In this document: in pieces, positions 10,361 through 19,268 of the stretch
Layout of the letters: the number at the start of each line of letters is the position of its first letter
Numbering within the stretch: the stretch's first letter is position 1
Source: Bacteroidia bacterium
GTDB taxonomy: Bacteria > Bacteroidota > Bacteroidia > NS11-12g > UBA9320
DNA: 64,000 nucleotides
Reading direction: 5' to 3'
Assembly (NCBI GenBank): GCA_029268695.1
Contig: JAQWNJ010000017.1
Location: forward strand, 56,521 to 120,520
Translations under genes and position numbers: made by a program
The notes under the pieces: model-generated
The model's database searches: none
What the model saw: only the letters and a program-made list of their open reading frames with translations
Told to the model about the DNA's origin: nothing

Positions 10361-11623
10361 ATGAAATATACAGTTAAAGCATTAGTAGTTATGTCATTCC
10401 TCACTTTAATCGGTTGTGGAATGGGTGACAATGGAGAACTGATTGGTGTTCAAGGAAGAAGACCTTGGTTTCACCCACAGCCATTTGGCACTGTCTATAT
10501 TCCTACAGGAACATTTCATACAGGCCAAAGTGATGAGGATATATTTCACACTTACATAGCTCCAAACAAACAAGTTTCTGTAGCTGCTCTGTGGATGGAC
10601 GATACTGAAATTACAAACAATGAATATCGCCAATTTGTGGCTTATGTGAAAGATAGTTTCATGCGACTCGAAATGGAAGCTACAGTCGAAATTGAGGATG
10701 AGTATGATGACTATGAGGTTCTTGATTATGACGATGATGTTACTGTTGAAGATTTTTATAACGAACATGGAGATCGTTACTATTACAAGGGTAAAGAACG
10801 ATATGATCATCGTAAACAATGGGATATCCGTAAATTAGAATACACCTATACATACGTAGATTTTCAATCTGCTGCCAAAGGAAGCTATTTAGAATCTAAT
10901 CGGGCTGATTACCTAGTTACTAAAACAAGAGCTATCTATCCAGATACTTTAGTATGGGTAAGAGACTTCACATATTCCTACAACGAGCCAATGACTCGTC
11001 AGTATTACAATCACCCAAAATATGATGATTATCCAGTGGTAGGAATAAACTGGCACCAAGCAAACGCATTTTGTAACTGGAGAACCCGATGGATGAATAG
11101 ATATTGGTCAAACCAAGAAATGCCAATAACTGAAGATTGGAGACTTCCAACAGAATTCGAGTGGGAGTTTGCTGCCAGAGGTGGAAGAGATAATAATATG
11201 TATCCATGGGGTGGACCATATACTAGAAACAGTAAAGGATGCTTATTAGCCAATTTTAAACCAAATCGTGGTAACTACATGGCTGATGGAGGATTTTGGC
11301 CAGTGAGAGCTGATTCATATTTCCCCAACGATTATGGCCTATATAATATGGCTGGCAATGTTGCTGAATGGACGATTTCTGCTTATGATGAAGCAAGTAT
11401 GCAATTTACTCATGATCTTAATCCTGATTATCAGTACGATGCGGATGATGATGGACCACTTTCATTAAAACGTAAGGTTACTCGTGGTGGTAGCTGGAAA
11501 GATATTGCTTACTTCATTCAGAATGGATCAAGATCCTACGAATATCAAGATACTTCAAAATCGTATGTGGGCTTCAGATGTGTTCAGACCTACATTGGAA
11601 GAAGTGCAAACGATACCAAATAA
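10361..11623 (+). CDS. gldK: Gliding motility / T9SS lipoprotein GldK (PorK; FGE-sulfatase-fold family)
   Basis: Lipoprotein signal ...LTLIGCGMG; formylglycine-generating-enzyme-like domain (RGGSW, GFRCV near C-terminus); position before gldL-gldM-gldN. Confidence 0.85.
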   Translation: MKYTVKALVVMSFLTLIGCGMGDNGELIGVQGRRPWFHPQPFGTVYIPTGTFHTGQSDEDIFHTYIAPNKQVSVAALWMDDTEITNNEYRQFVAYVKDSFMRLEMEATVEIEDEYDDYEVLDYDDDVTVEDFYNEHGDRYYYKGKERYDHRKQWDIRKLEYTYTYVDFQSAAKGSYLESNRADYLVTKTRAIYPDTLVWVRDFTYSYNEPMTRQYYNHPKYDDYPVVGINWHQANAFCNWRTRWMNRYWSNQEMPITEDWRLPTEFEWEFAARGGRDNNMYPWGGPYTRNSKGCLLANFKPNRGNYMADGGFWPVRADSYFPNDYGLYNMAGNVAEWTISAYDEASMQFTHDLNPDYQYDADDDGPLSLKRKVTRGGSWKDIAYFIQNGSRSYEYQDTSKSYVGFRCVQTYIGRSANDTK

Positions 11624-11732
11624 GCTTATTTGGCTTGCACTTTAATAGCAATCTAAATTAATTTTATAGACATAATAGAATTAAATGTTTAAAAATGACA
11701 TTTTTAATCTATTCGCATAACAATATGCATCA

Positions 11733-11740
11733 TATATTTG
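11733..11740 (+). promoter_or_regulatory. Candidate internal -7 promoter element (TATATTTG) in the gldK-gldL spacer
   Basis: TAnnTTTG match 34 nt upstream of the preferred gldL start (11774); no clear -33 TTTG. Confidence 0.25.
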
Positions 11741-11773
11741 AAAAAATTATTAAAAACATTAAAATTAAAAATT

Positions 11774-12424
11774 ATGGCAAATTTCTTTGAATCAAAATCA
11801 GGTAAAAAAATTATGGCAATGGCCTACGGGTTAGGTGCTGCAGTAGTAATTGTTGGTGCATTATTTAAAATACTTCACCTCCCAGGTGCAGACGCTATGC
11901 TTATTTTGGGTATGGGTACTGAGGCATTTATATTTGCCTTATCTGCATTTGAACCACTACATGAAGAATGGGATTGGAGTCTTGTTCATCCAGAACTTGC
12001 GGGCATGGAGGGTGATGATTCCTCAAAGAAATCAGGCACAGTATCACAGCAACTAGACCAAATGCTTAACGAAGCAAAAGTAGGTCCTGAACTTATAGAA
12101 GGTCTTGGCACAGGTCTTAAATCACTTTCGTCGAATGTTAGCTCTATGGCTGATTTATCAGGAGCTACAATTGCAACAAAAGAATATGCTGATAACATTC
12201 ACAGGGCAAATGAGCAAATTATCGGTATGGGTACATCATACACACGTGCTATAACTGCTTTAGATAGCTTATCTGAAACTACAGAAAATTTCAAAGAAAC
12301 AACCTCAAAAGTAGCAAGTATTAATTCTACCTTGAACGATAGTCTAATTAGCTTCGACCAAAACATACAAAACTTGAATAAAGTATATGGTGGCATGTTG
12401 AATGCAATGAGACCAAATAATTAA
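11774..12424 (+). CDS. gldL: Gliding motility / T9SS protein GldL (PorL)
   Basis: MANFFESKSGKKIMAMAYGLGAAVVIVGALFKILH matches the conserved GldL N-terminus with two TM helices. The track start at 11738 would place a promoter-like TATATTTG inside the CDS, so 11774 is preferred. Confidence 0.8.
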   Translation: MANFFESKSGKKIMAMAYGLGAAVVIVGALFKILHLPGADAMLILGMGTEAFIFALSAFEPLHEEWDWSLVHPELAGMEGDDSSKKSGTVSQQLDQMLNEAKVGPELIEGLGTGLKSLSSNVSSMADLSGATIATKEYADNIHRANEQIIGMGTSYTRAITALDSLSETTENFKETTSKVASINSTLNDSLISFDQNIQNLNKVYGGMLNAMRPNN

Positions 12425-12459
12425 TCTTTCACATAATTAAAAATTAAATAAATAAAATT

Positions 12460-14037
12460 ATGGCTGGAGGTAAATTATCCCCGCGGCAGAAGATGATTAA
12501 CATGATGTACCTTGTACTCATGGCTCTTCTTGCCCTAAACGTATCGAAAGAGATTTTAAAATCTTTTCACCTATTCGAACAAAGTTTTAATAATGCGGCT
12601 TTAAATATTGACGCTAAAAACAAGGCAACGTTCGCTGCACTTCAAAAATCAAGTGATGAAAATCCTTTAAAAACTAAACCTTACATTGAACGAGCTCGCA
12701 AAACTCAAACCATTGCTAACGATTTTGTAAAATATGTAAATAATTTAATTTCTACAACTGAAACCCTTTATGGTGGTGATGAAGCTCGAAATGAAGAAGG
12801 TGAAATGTTAGCTGCTGACCAAATGGAAAAGCATGCCAATTATTTTGTCAATGAAGGTCATGGAAAAGAATTTCAAGACAAAATAAATAAGGCAAGAGAG
12901 GATATGCTTAATATTCTTAAACCTGATTTGTCTGATACACTATACAATATCAAAACCAACGAAGTTTATGATGAGGTCAAAGCATCTTGTCAACTTTGGG
13001 CTAAAGAACCTACTGGTGGTAAAGGGACATGGGTGTCTCAAAACCTTGAACACGTTCCCGCAGCTGGTCTTATGGCGGTTCTTTCAAGAATCAAAAATGA
13101 TGCTAAATCTCTAGAGGCTAATGTTTTAGAAAAATTAGCAAGTAGAATTGATGCAACAGATTACAAATTTGACAAGCTCGAAGCCAAAGTCCTAGCAAAA
13201 TCAAATTATGTGATGCAAGGCGAACCATACGAAGCAGATATATTATTGGTTGCTTCTGATTCTAAAAGTGATCCACAAATTACCGTTGATGGAACAAGTA
13301 TAAATGTTGAAGGTGGTGTTGGTAAATACACACAACTTGCAGGTGGTATTGGCATCAAAACCTTTGCTGGTAAAATAGTTGTCAATGGACCTGAAGGACC
13401 TCAAGAATTTGAATTCGCAGATGAATTTACCGTATTTAAACCTGCAGCAACCATTGCAGCTACTGAAATGAATCTTCTTTACAAAGGCATTGATAACCCG
13501 ATGTCGATCTCTGTCCCTGGGTTTGCTGCCTCTGATGTAAGAGTGTCTGCTCCTGGATTAAATTTAAAATCACTGGGTGGAGGTAAATACAATGCGAAAG
13601 TTCCAAGCAGTACAAGTCGAGAAGTAAGAATTACTGCCTCTATAACAAGAGATGGAAAATCAAAGGTTGTTGGATCACAGAAATTTAGAGTTAGAAGTTT
13701 GCCTCAACCAAGAGCTCAATTAGGAGGTATTCCGAATGATGGCCTCCCCAAAGGAAAGGCATCTGTATCTGCTCAATCCTCAATTATTGCATCTATGGGT
13801 GCCGGTTTTGCTTACAATCTAAACTACAGAGTACAAGGATTTAAGCTAATCATGGCATACAAGAGAAAACCTCCCGTTATGGAAAATAGTTCTAGTGGAG
13901 CTTTAACTAATCGAATGAAATCTTTGATTAGATCAGCTAAAAAAGGAGACAGAATTTTAATAGAAGGTATACGAGCCAAGGAAGCAAAATATGGTTTTAA
14001 AGCCAATTTGAGTCCAATCATTATCACTATTAAATAA
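12460..14037 (+). CDS. gldM: Gliding motility / T9SS protein GldM (PorM)
   Basis: MAGGKLSPRQKMINMMYLVLMALLALNVSKEIL is the hallmark GldM N-terminus; single TM helix and large periplasmic region, 525 aa. Confidence 0.9.
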   Translation: MAGGKLSPRQKMINMMYLVLMALLALNVSKEILKSFHLFEQSFNNAALNIDAKNKATFAALQKSSDENPLKTKPYIERARKTQTIANDFVKYVNNLISTTETLYGGDEARNEEGEMLAADQMEKHANYFVNEGHGKEFQDKINKAREDMLNILKPDLSDTLYNIKTNEVYDEVKASCQLWAKEPTGGKGTWVSQNLEHVPAAGLMAVLSRIKNDAKSLEANVLEKLASRIDATDYKFDKLEAKVLAKSNYVMQGEPYEADILLVASDSKSDPQITVDGTSINVEGGVGKYTQLAGGIGIKTFAGKIVVNGPEGPQEFEFADEFTVFKPAATIAATEMNLLYKGIDNPMSISVPGFAASDVRVSAPGLNLKSLGGGKYNAKVPSSTSREVRITASITRDGKSKVVGSQKFRVRSLPQPRAQLGGIPNDGLPKGKASVSAQSSIIASMGAGFAYNLNYRVQGFKLIMAYKRKPPVMENSSSGALTNRMKSLIRSAKKGDRILIEGIRAKEAKYGFKANLSPIIITIK

Positions 14038-14083
14038 TTTATTGAGAAATAATTCGTTATTTTGCAGAATCGAGATTAAAGAT

Positions 14084-14917
14084 ATGAATAGAATACTTAT
14101 AATATGCATGACTATTTTCCTTATGACCTCTGCGTCTAAGGCACAAATAAGTAAATTCGAAGATTTTACATTCCCACACACAGCTGTGAAAGAACGTAAA
14201 GCTGTTCCTTATCGCTATATCCGTGAAGCAAATGTTAAATGGAGTAAGCGTATTCATCGAGTTATTGATGTCAGAGAAAAGCAAAACAAGGTAATGCACT
14301 GGCCTAGAAACCCTTTCTATCTTCTTGTTTGGAACGCTGCAATGAATGGTGAATTAACTGCTTATGCTAACGATTCTCTAACATCTATTAAGACTCCTGA
14401 GGATATCATGAAAGAAATCAGTATTGAAACAACAGTAATGGTTCCTAATCCTGATAACCCAGATGATCCTTACGATTTAGTTCAAACTACAGTTGTTGAA
14501 ACTCAAGAGCCTTCTGATTTTGTTAAATACAGACTTATGGAAGATTGGATTTTTGATTATAATTATTCTGACTTTAAGGCTAGAATTATCGCTATAGCCC
14601 CGCTGATTAGTCCATTAACAGAGTCTGGCGTGGAATTAGGTGAAATTCCTCTATACTGGTTGAAAATGGATGACTTGAGAGACAAGCTATCTCAAGAAGA
14701 AGTATTTAACGGTAAAAATGATGCCGCTAGAATGAGCTTTGACCATTGGTTCCAAATGAGGCAGTTCAGTAGTTATATTGTCAAAGAAAGTAACATGTAT
14801 GACCTAGATATTTCGATGCTTGAGGAATTCAGAGATGATGGTGTAGAAGCACTGCTTGAGAGTGATCGAATCAAGAATGAGTTATTCATACTAGAACACG
14901 ATCTCTGGGAATACTAA
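14084..14917 (+). CDS. gldN: Gliding motility / T9SS protein GldN (PorN)
   Basis: Last gene of the gldKLMN block; signal peptide MNRILIICMTIFLMTSASKAQ from the Met at 14084 (track start 14042 adds 14 non-signal residues); ~280 aa, typical of GldN. Confidence 0.75.
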   Translation: MNRILIICMTIFLMTSASKAQISKFEDFTFPHTAVKERKAVPYRYIREANVKWSKRIHRVIDVREKQNKVMHWPRNPFYLLVWNAAMNGELTAYANDSLTSIKTPEDIMKEISIETTVMVPNPDNPDDPYDLVQTTVVETQEPSDFVKYRLMEDWIFDYNYSDFKARIIAIAPLISPLTESGVELGEIPLYWLKMDDLRDKLSQEEVFNGKNDAARMSFDHWFQMRQFSSYIVKESNMYDLDISMLEEFRDDGVEALLESDRIKNELFILEHDLWEY

Positions 14918-14928
14918 AAATAAAGAAC

Positions 14929-14965
14929 AAAAAAAAGAGGGCCGATTTGGTCCTCTTTTTTTTTT
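14929..14965. terminator. Bidirectional rho-independent terminator between gldN (+) and thiolase (-)
   Basis: A8 - AGAGGGCC - GATTT - GGTCCTCT (one G-U pair) - T9; U-runs on both strands. Confidence 0.8.
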
Positions 14966-14978
14966 GATCTAAAATAAG

Positions 14979-16178
14979 TTAGCATTTCTTAAAAATCACT
15001 ACTACCCCCTGCCCTACACCAACACACATAGTAGCCAATGCATATTTCGCAGTCTTACGTCTTTTAAGTTCATGAATCAATGTACTTGCAATTCGTGCAC
15101 CAGAGGCACCTAAAGGATGACCAATTGCAATCGATCCACCATTTACATTAATAATTTCAGGATCAATGGCTAGGTCTCTTATACAAGCGATTGACTGAGC
15201 TGCAAAAGCCTCATTCAACTCTACTAAATCAATATCTTGTATAGAAATTCCAGCTCTTTCTAGGGCTTTAAATGTTGCGTTTACTGGACCAATACCCATA
15301 ATATCTGGAGATACTCCTACTGCTGCACTTGAGACAATTTCTGCTATTGGTTCTAAATTGTATCGTTTTAGTGCTTCTTCGGAAACTACCATTAAAGCAG
15401 CAGCTCCATCATTAACTCCTGATGAGTTCCCTGCAGTTACGGAACCGCCATCCTTAAAAGCTGCTCTTAAATTACCAAGAACTTCAACTGAACTCATACG
15501 GGGATGTTCATCTTTATTAAAGATAATATCCTCTAATTTTCTTTGGGGTATCGTGATTGGAATAATTTCATCTGAAAATTTACCTGAATTATGAGCTGTT
15601 TCATACTTGAACTGTGAATGATGAGCAAATTCATCTTGCTCAACTCTAGTTATTTGGTATTTATCGACAATATTTTCAGCGGTCTCACCCATTGCATAGG
15701 GATGATACATCTTCGATAGTTTAGGATTTATAAATCTCCATCCGATTGAAGTATCATATATTTTATTTGACCGACTATATGCTGACTCAGATTTTGGAAG
15801 TACAAATGGAGCTCTAGACATACTTTCAACACCTCCTGCTATATAAACATCTCCATAACCTACTGCTATATTCTTTGATACATCTGCAATAGCTTGTAAA
15901 CTGCTTGCACAGAGACGGTTAATCGTTAGCCCTGGCACAGTATAAGGCAAGCCTGCAAGTAGCGAACTCATTCGAGCTACATTACGATTATCCTCGCCTG
16001 CTTGATTTGCAGCACCCAAAACAACATCCTCTATATCTGCAGGATCTACATTTGAATTCCTTAACATTAGAGATTTAATAACCTCAGCTGCTAGGTCGTC
16101 AGGTCTCTGAGAAGCTAAAGTCCCTCCAAATTTACCTACTGCAGTTCTTGCCGCATCAACAATATATGCTCGTTTCAT
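14979..16178 (-). CDS. Acetyl-CoA C-acetyltransferase / 3-ketoacyl-CoA thiolase
   Basis: N-terminus AYIVDAARTAVGKFGG, active-site Cys region NRLCASSLQA and C-terminal NVNGGSIAIGHPLGASGARI thiolase signature. Confidence 0.85.
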   Translation of the reverse strand: MKRAYIVDAARTAVGKFGGTLASQRPDDLAAEVIKSLMLRNSNVDPADIEDVVLGAANQAGEDNRNVARMSSLLAGLPYTVPGLTINRLCASSLQAIADVSKNIAVGYGDVYIAGGVESMSRAPFVLPKSESAYSRSNKIYDTSIGWRFINPKLSKMYHPYAMGETAENIVDKYQITRVEQDEFAHHSQFKYETAHNSGKFSDEIIPITIPQRKLEDIIFNKDEHPRMSSVEVLGNLRAAFKDGGSVTAGNSSGVNDGAAALMVVSEEALKRYNLEPIAEIVSSAAVGVSPDIMGIGPVNATFKALERAGISIQDIDLVELNEAFAAQSIACIRDLAIDPEIINVNGGSIAIGHPLGASGARIASTLIHELKRRKTAKYALATMCVGVGQGVVVIFKKC

Positions 16179-16193
16179 TTAATTCAAAAATAG

Positions 16194-16622
16194 TTAGTTA
16201 TTAATGGTATCCATGATGAATGAATACATTGGTTGTTTTTTTGTTATGTTCATGATAATATATTCTTTATCTATCTGAGTGTGATCATCCTCAATAAGCC
16301 ATGACGGAGCATGTTTTTCTATCATATAACGATGATAGCGATACTCAACATTGGATTTATTCTCATCTATTAGGGTATTAAGACTATTATATCCCTTATT
16401 AAAATAAGAAAGCTTTTGATAGGGGTTCATAACATAATCTGCCTTCATGCATTCAAAAACTGATTTATAACATAACTCATCTTTAGACAATACCTCTTTG
16501 TTGTTCAAATCTTCTAGGATAGAAATTACCCGAGTTTTATCTTGAGACTGATAGACCTCACGGCATCTGGAAATATTCAAAAAATTAATAGTAAATAATA
16601 TGATATATATAAGAATATTCAT
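16194..16622 (-). CDS. Hypothetical small secreted protein (142 aa)
   Basis: N-terminal hydrophobic signal-like segment; no recognisable motifs; 1-nt spacing to the upstream cruF-like gene suggests co-transcription. Confidence 0.4.
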   Translation of the reverse strand: MNILIYIILFTINFLNISRCREVYQSQDKTRVISILEDLNNKEVLSKDELCYKSVFECMKADYVMNPYQKLSYFNKGYNSLNTLIDENKSNVEYRYHRYMIEKHAPSWLIEDDHTQIDKEYIIMNITKKQPMYSFIMDTINN

Positions 16623-16623
16623 T

Positions 16624-17250
16624 TCACATTAGCAAGAGCACCCAGTAAAACAATAAATGCACAAATATCATCCAGTAACTTCTGCCTGTAATCGATGGAA
16701 TTTTCCTAAATAACAATTGAAAAATAAATGAGAATATAAACCAACAGATGTAGTTAAATATAGGTATCTCACCATTCGCCCACCACCACCAACCAAATCG
16801 AACAGCAACGAGCTCAAGTAAAAAATCATAAGCTGTAATGACGATTGCTGATAGCAATGCGGAAATTACATACTGGTTTGTTACCAAATTTATCAAACTT
16901 CTTGCTGCTATTGATAGCATTGCCCATGTAAGAGGAATTATTACTGGTACATGATAATATTTAAATCCTAATATGCTTCCATATTTATAGTCTCCAAATA
17001 GGTATCCATAATTGACCCCAACGTACTCTATTCCAAAAGAAAATAATAGGATTAGAAGGATGGCCAAAATATTTCTAATAACCCATCTCCCCTCTTCTAA
17101 ATAGACAATTAAAAAACTAAACAATAACATGTATGGGGTTAAGCTTAGAAAGAAGGATCGTGTTACAGGCAATAGAATACCAATAAGCCCTACAACATAG
17201 GGTACTAGTAAAAGTGTAAAAAAGTTAGTTTTAACAAATCTTGAAATCAT
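16624..17250 (-). CDS. Carotenoid-biosynthesis-associated integral membrane protein, CruF-like (putative carotenoid 1,2-hydratase)
   Basis: 208 aa, about 6 predicted TM helices, Trp-rich segment GWWWWANG; overlaps the CrtI-family gene by 20 nt. Family assignment (Caroten_synth/CruF-like) is from memory, not from a search. Confidence 0.4.
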   Translation of the reverse strand: MISRFVKTNFFTLLLVPYVVGLIGILLPVTRSFFLSLTPYMLLFSFLIVYLEEGRWVIRNILAILLILLFSFGIEYVGVNYGYLFGDYKYGSILGFKYYHVPVIIPLTWAMLSIAARSLINLVTNQYVISALLSAIVITAYDFLLELVAVRFGWWWWANGEIPIFNYICWFIFSFIFQLLFRKIPSITGRSYWMIFVHLLFYWVLLLM

Positions 17251-18709
17251 TACTTATAATATCCGTTGAAATTTTTGCAGATAACAAACATAAAGGAATC
17301 CCTCCACCTGGATGCACACTACCACCACAAAAATACAAACCCTTGTGATGTTTATTAAAATTTGAATGCCTTAAAAAAGCTGACATCTTGTTGTTGGAAC
17401 TAGAACCATATAGTGCACCTTTATAGCTACCCGTCTTATCCCAAATCATTTGTGGTGTAAGGATGTGCTCAACCTCAATCATTTTCTCTATTTCTTCACC
17501 AAGTATGCGACTAAGCTTAGTCAGTATATTCTTTTTTGTCTCACTGATTAGACGACCCCAATCTTGATTTTCTACATAAGGTGCATTGACCATAACGAAC
17601 CAATTTTCACAATTAGAAGGTGCGTCATCTTTCTTACACTTACTACTTATTTGAACATAAACTGTTGGGTCTTCATCTATGGTATGATTTTTAAATATCG
17701 ATGTAAACTCTTTTCGATAATCTTCAGAGAAAAAGATATTGTGAAGTTCCAAATCCTTGAATTCCTTTTTAATACCCCAATAAAAAATCAAAGCTGAACT
17801 ACTTGGTTTATAATGCCTATTTTGGGCTTTCAGTAGCTTTTTTAATGGACCTTGAGATGCAGAAGCAATGTCCATATTGCAAATAGCTATATCATAAACC
17901 AAATCTTCCTGATTTACCTTGTATCCTTTATCAACCTTGACTAATTCATTCACATCAGTATTGAAATTAAATTGAACACCTAATTTTACTGCTTTTTCAT
18001 AGAGAGCGTCAACAATAGATCGCATACCTTTCTTCGGAAAATACGCTCCAATACCAAATTCATAATGCGGTATAATATTTAAAGTAGCTGGCGACTCATA
18101 AGGGTTTGAGCCATTATAAGTAGCATATCTATCAAAAAACTGAATTGTTTTTGAATTTGAAAATTGTTTTTGATTTTCGATGTGCATTTTTTTTAAAACC
18201 CCTACTTTATGAATACTTAAAAAACTTTTAAAAGTGTTCCAACTCAAGTAAGTGCCTAATTTGTGTAGAGATTTCTCTAAAAAAACATGATTAGTTATCT
18301 GATACTTTCTTTCACTGTCATCAAGAAATGAATCAATATTTTTTGGATTTTCATCTAATTTATCATGGAATTCCTTTTTTAATTTTTCTCGATCACAGTA
18401 CGCAGACAACTTGGTGTTATCCTCCCAAAAGTATTTACACAAAACATCTAATTCATCATAATCAAACGGAACATTATCAAGTCCATCAATGGTTAATAAA
18501 TCAAATACATACTGGGGCATAGTGAACAGTGATGGACCAGTGTCAAAACGATAACCTTGGCTTTTCCATACTCCCATCTTACCTCCATAATTAGATGATT
18601 TTTCATACACGGTAACCTTTACTTTCATGGCAGCTAATCTGATAGCTGACGCTAAACCGGCAATACCAGAACCTAAAATAACGGAATTCAGTGAATTGGA
18701 TGATCTCAA
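17231..18709 (-). CDS. Phytoene-desaturase-family FAD oxidoreductase (CrtI/CrtD-like; plausibly 1-hydroxycarotenoid 3,4-desaturase)
   Basis: N-terminal dinucleotide-binding motif VILGSGIAGLASAIRLA...VYEKSSNYGGK; 492 aa; C-terminal FCGGSVHPGGGIP typical of the CrtI family. Confidence 0.7.
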   Translation of the reverse strand: MRSSNSLNSVILGSGIAGLASAIRLAAMKVKVTVYEKSSNYGGKMGVWKSQGYRFDTGPSLFTMPQYVFDLLTIDGLDNVPFDYDELDVLCKYFWEDNTKLSAYCDREKLKKEFHDKLDENPKNIDSFLDDSERKYQITNHVFLEKSLHKLGTYLSWNTFKSFLSIHKVGVLKKMHIENQKQFSNSKTIQFFDRYATYNGSNPYESPATLNIIPHYEFGIGAYFPKKGMRSIVDALYEKAVKLGVQFNFNTDVNELVKVDKGYKVNQEDLVYDIAICNMDIASASQGPLKKLLKAQNRHYKPSSSALIFYWGIKKEFKDLELHNIFFSEDYRKEFTSIFKNHTIDEDPTVYVQISSKCKKDDAPSNCENWFVMVNAPYVENQDWGRLISETKKNILTKLSRILGEEIEKMIEVEHILTPQMIWDKTGSYKGALYGSSSNNKMSAFLRHSNFNKHHKGLYFCGGSVHPGGGIPLCLLSAKISTDIISNDFKIC

Positions 18710-18741
18710 TGTGTTGGCAATATCTGACTAATTCTATAGAA

Positions 18742-19266
18742 ATGAAAACACTAAAGCTGACTTTATGTTTACATTTGAAATATATGTTGCAAAGAACTCA
18801 GACTTTATTTCTTTTAGCTATCATAGTAATCTGTGGTACCCTATCAACTGTAAATATCCCATTCTATTCCAGTGAAAAAGAAAACGGGATTGAACGTGTT
18901 GAAGTATCTTTCAATAAGACAGAAATGATTGTCATCCAGCCAATGAAACATTCTGTAACAGAAAGCAATACGCTAATCATTAGCTGCCTAACTATTATTG
19001 GTATTCTAAGCATAGTAAGTCTTTTAAGTTTTAAGAATAGAAAATTACAATTATTACTTACCTCACTAAATTTTTTAGCTATAGGTCTTTTGATTAGCTT
19101 ATTGTACGTCTTTAGCTTAGGAATGGATTACTTTGGTCCGTCTGGGACATCATCATTTAAAATTAGTCTAGGCTTAATTTTATTAATAATATCATTTAAT
19201 GTGCTTGCTTTTCGCGGAATAAAAAAAGATGAAGAACTCATCAGATCAATGGATAGATTGAGGTAA
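18742..19266 (+). CDS. Hypothetical integral membrane protein (about 4 TM); start uncertain
   Basis: Hydrophobic segments; stop 2 nt before the ABC ATPase start. Track start 18691 overlaps the crtI-family start on the other strand; Met codons at 18742 and 18784 are alternatives. Confidence 0.4.
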   Translation: MKTLKLTLCLHLKYMLQRTQTLFLLAIIVICGTLSTVNIPFYSSEKENGIERVEVSFNKTEMIVIQPMKHSVTESNTLIISCLTIIGILSIVSLLSFKNRKLQLLLTSLNFLAIGLLISLLYVFSLGMDYFGPSGTSSFKISLGLILLIISFNVLAFRGIKKDEELIRSMDRLR

Positions 19267-19268
19267 TT

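Noticed and set aside
10406-12396. Several 65-137-aa antisense or alternate-frame ORFs inside gldK and gldL
   Set aside because: Embedded in genes with strong family signatures; low-complexity translations.
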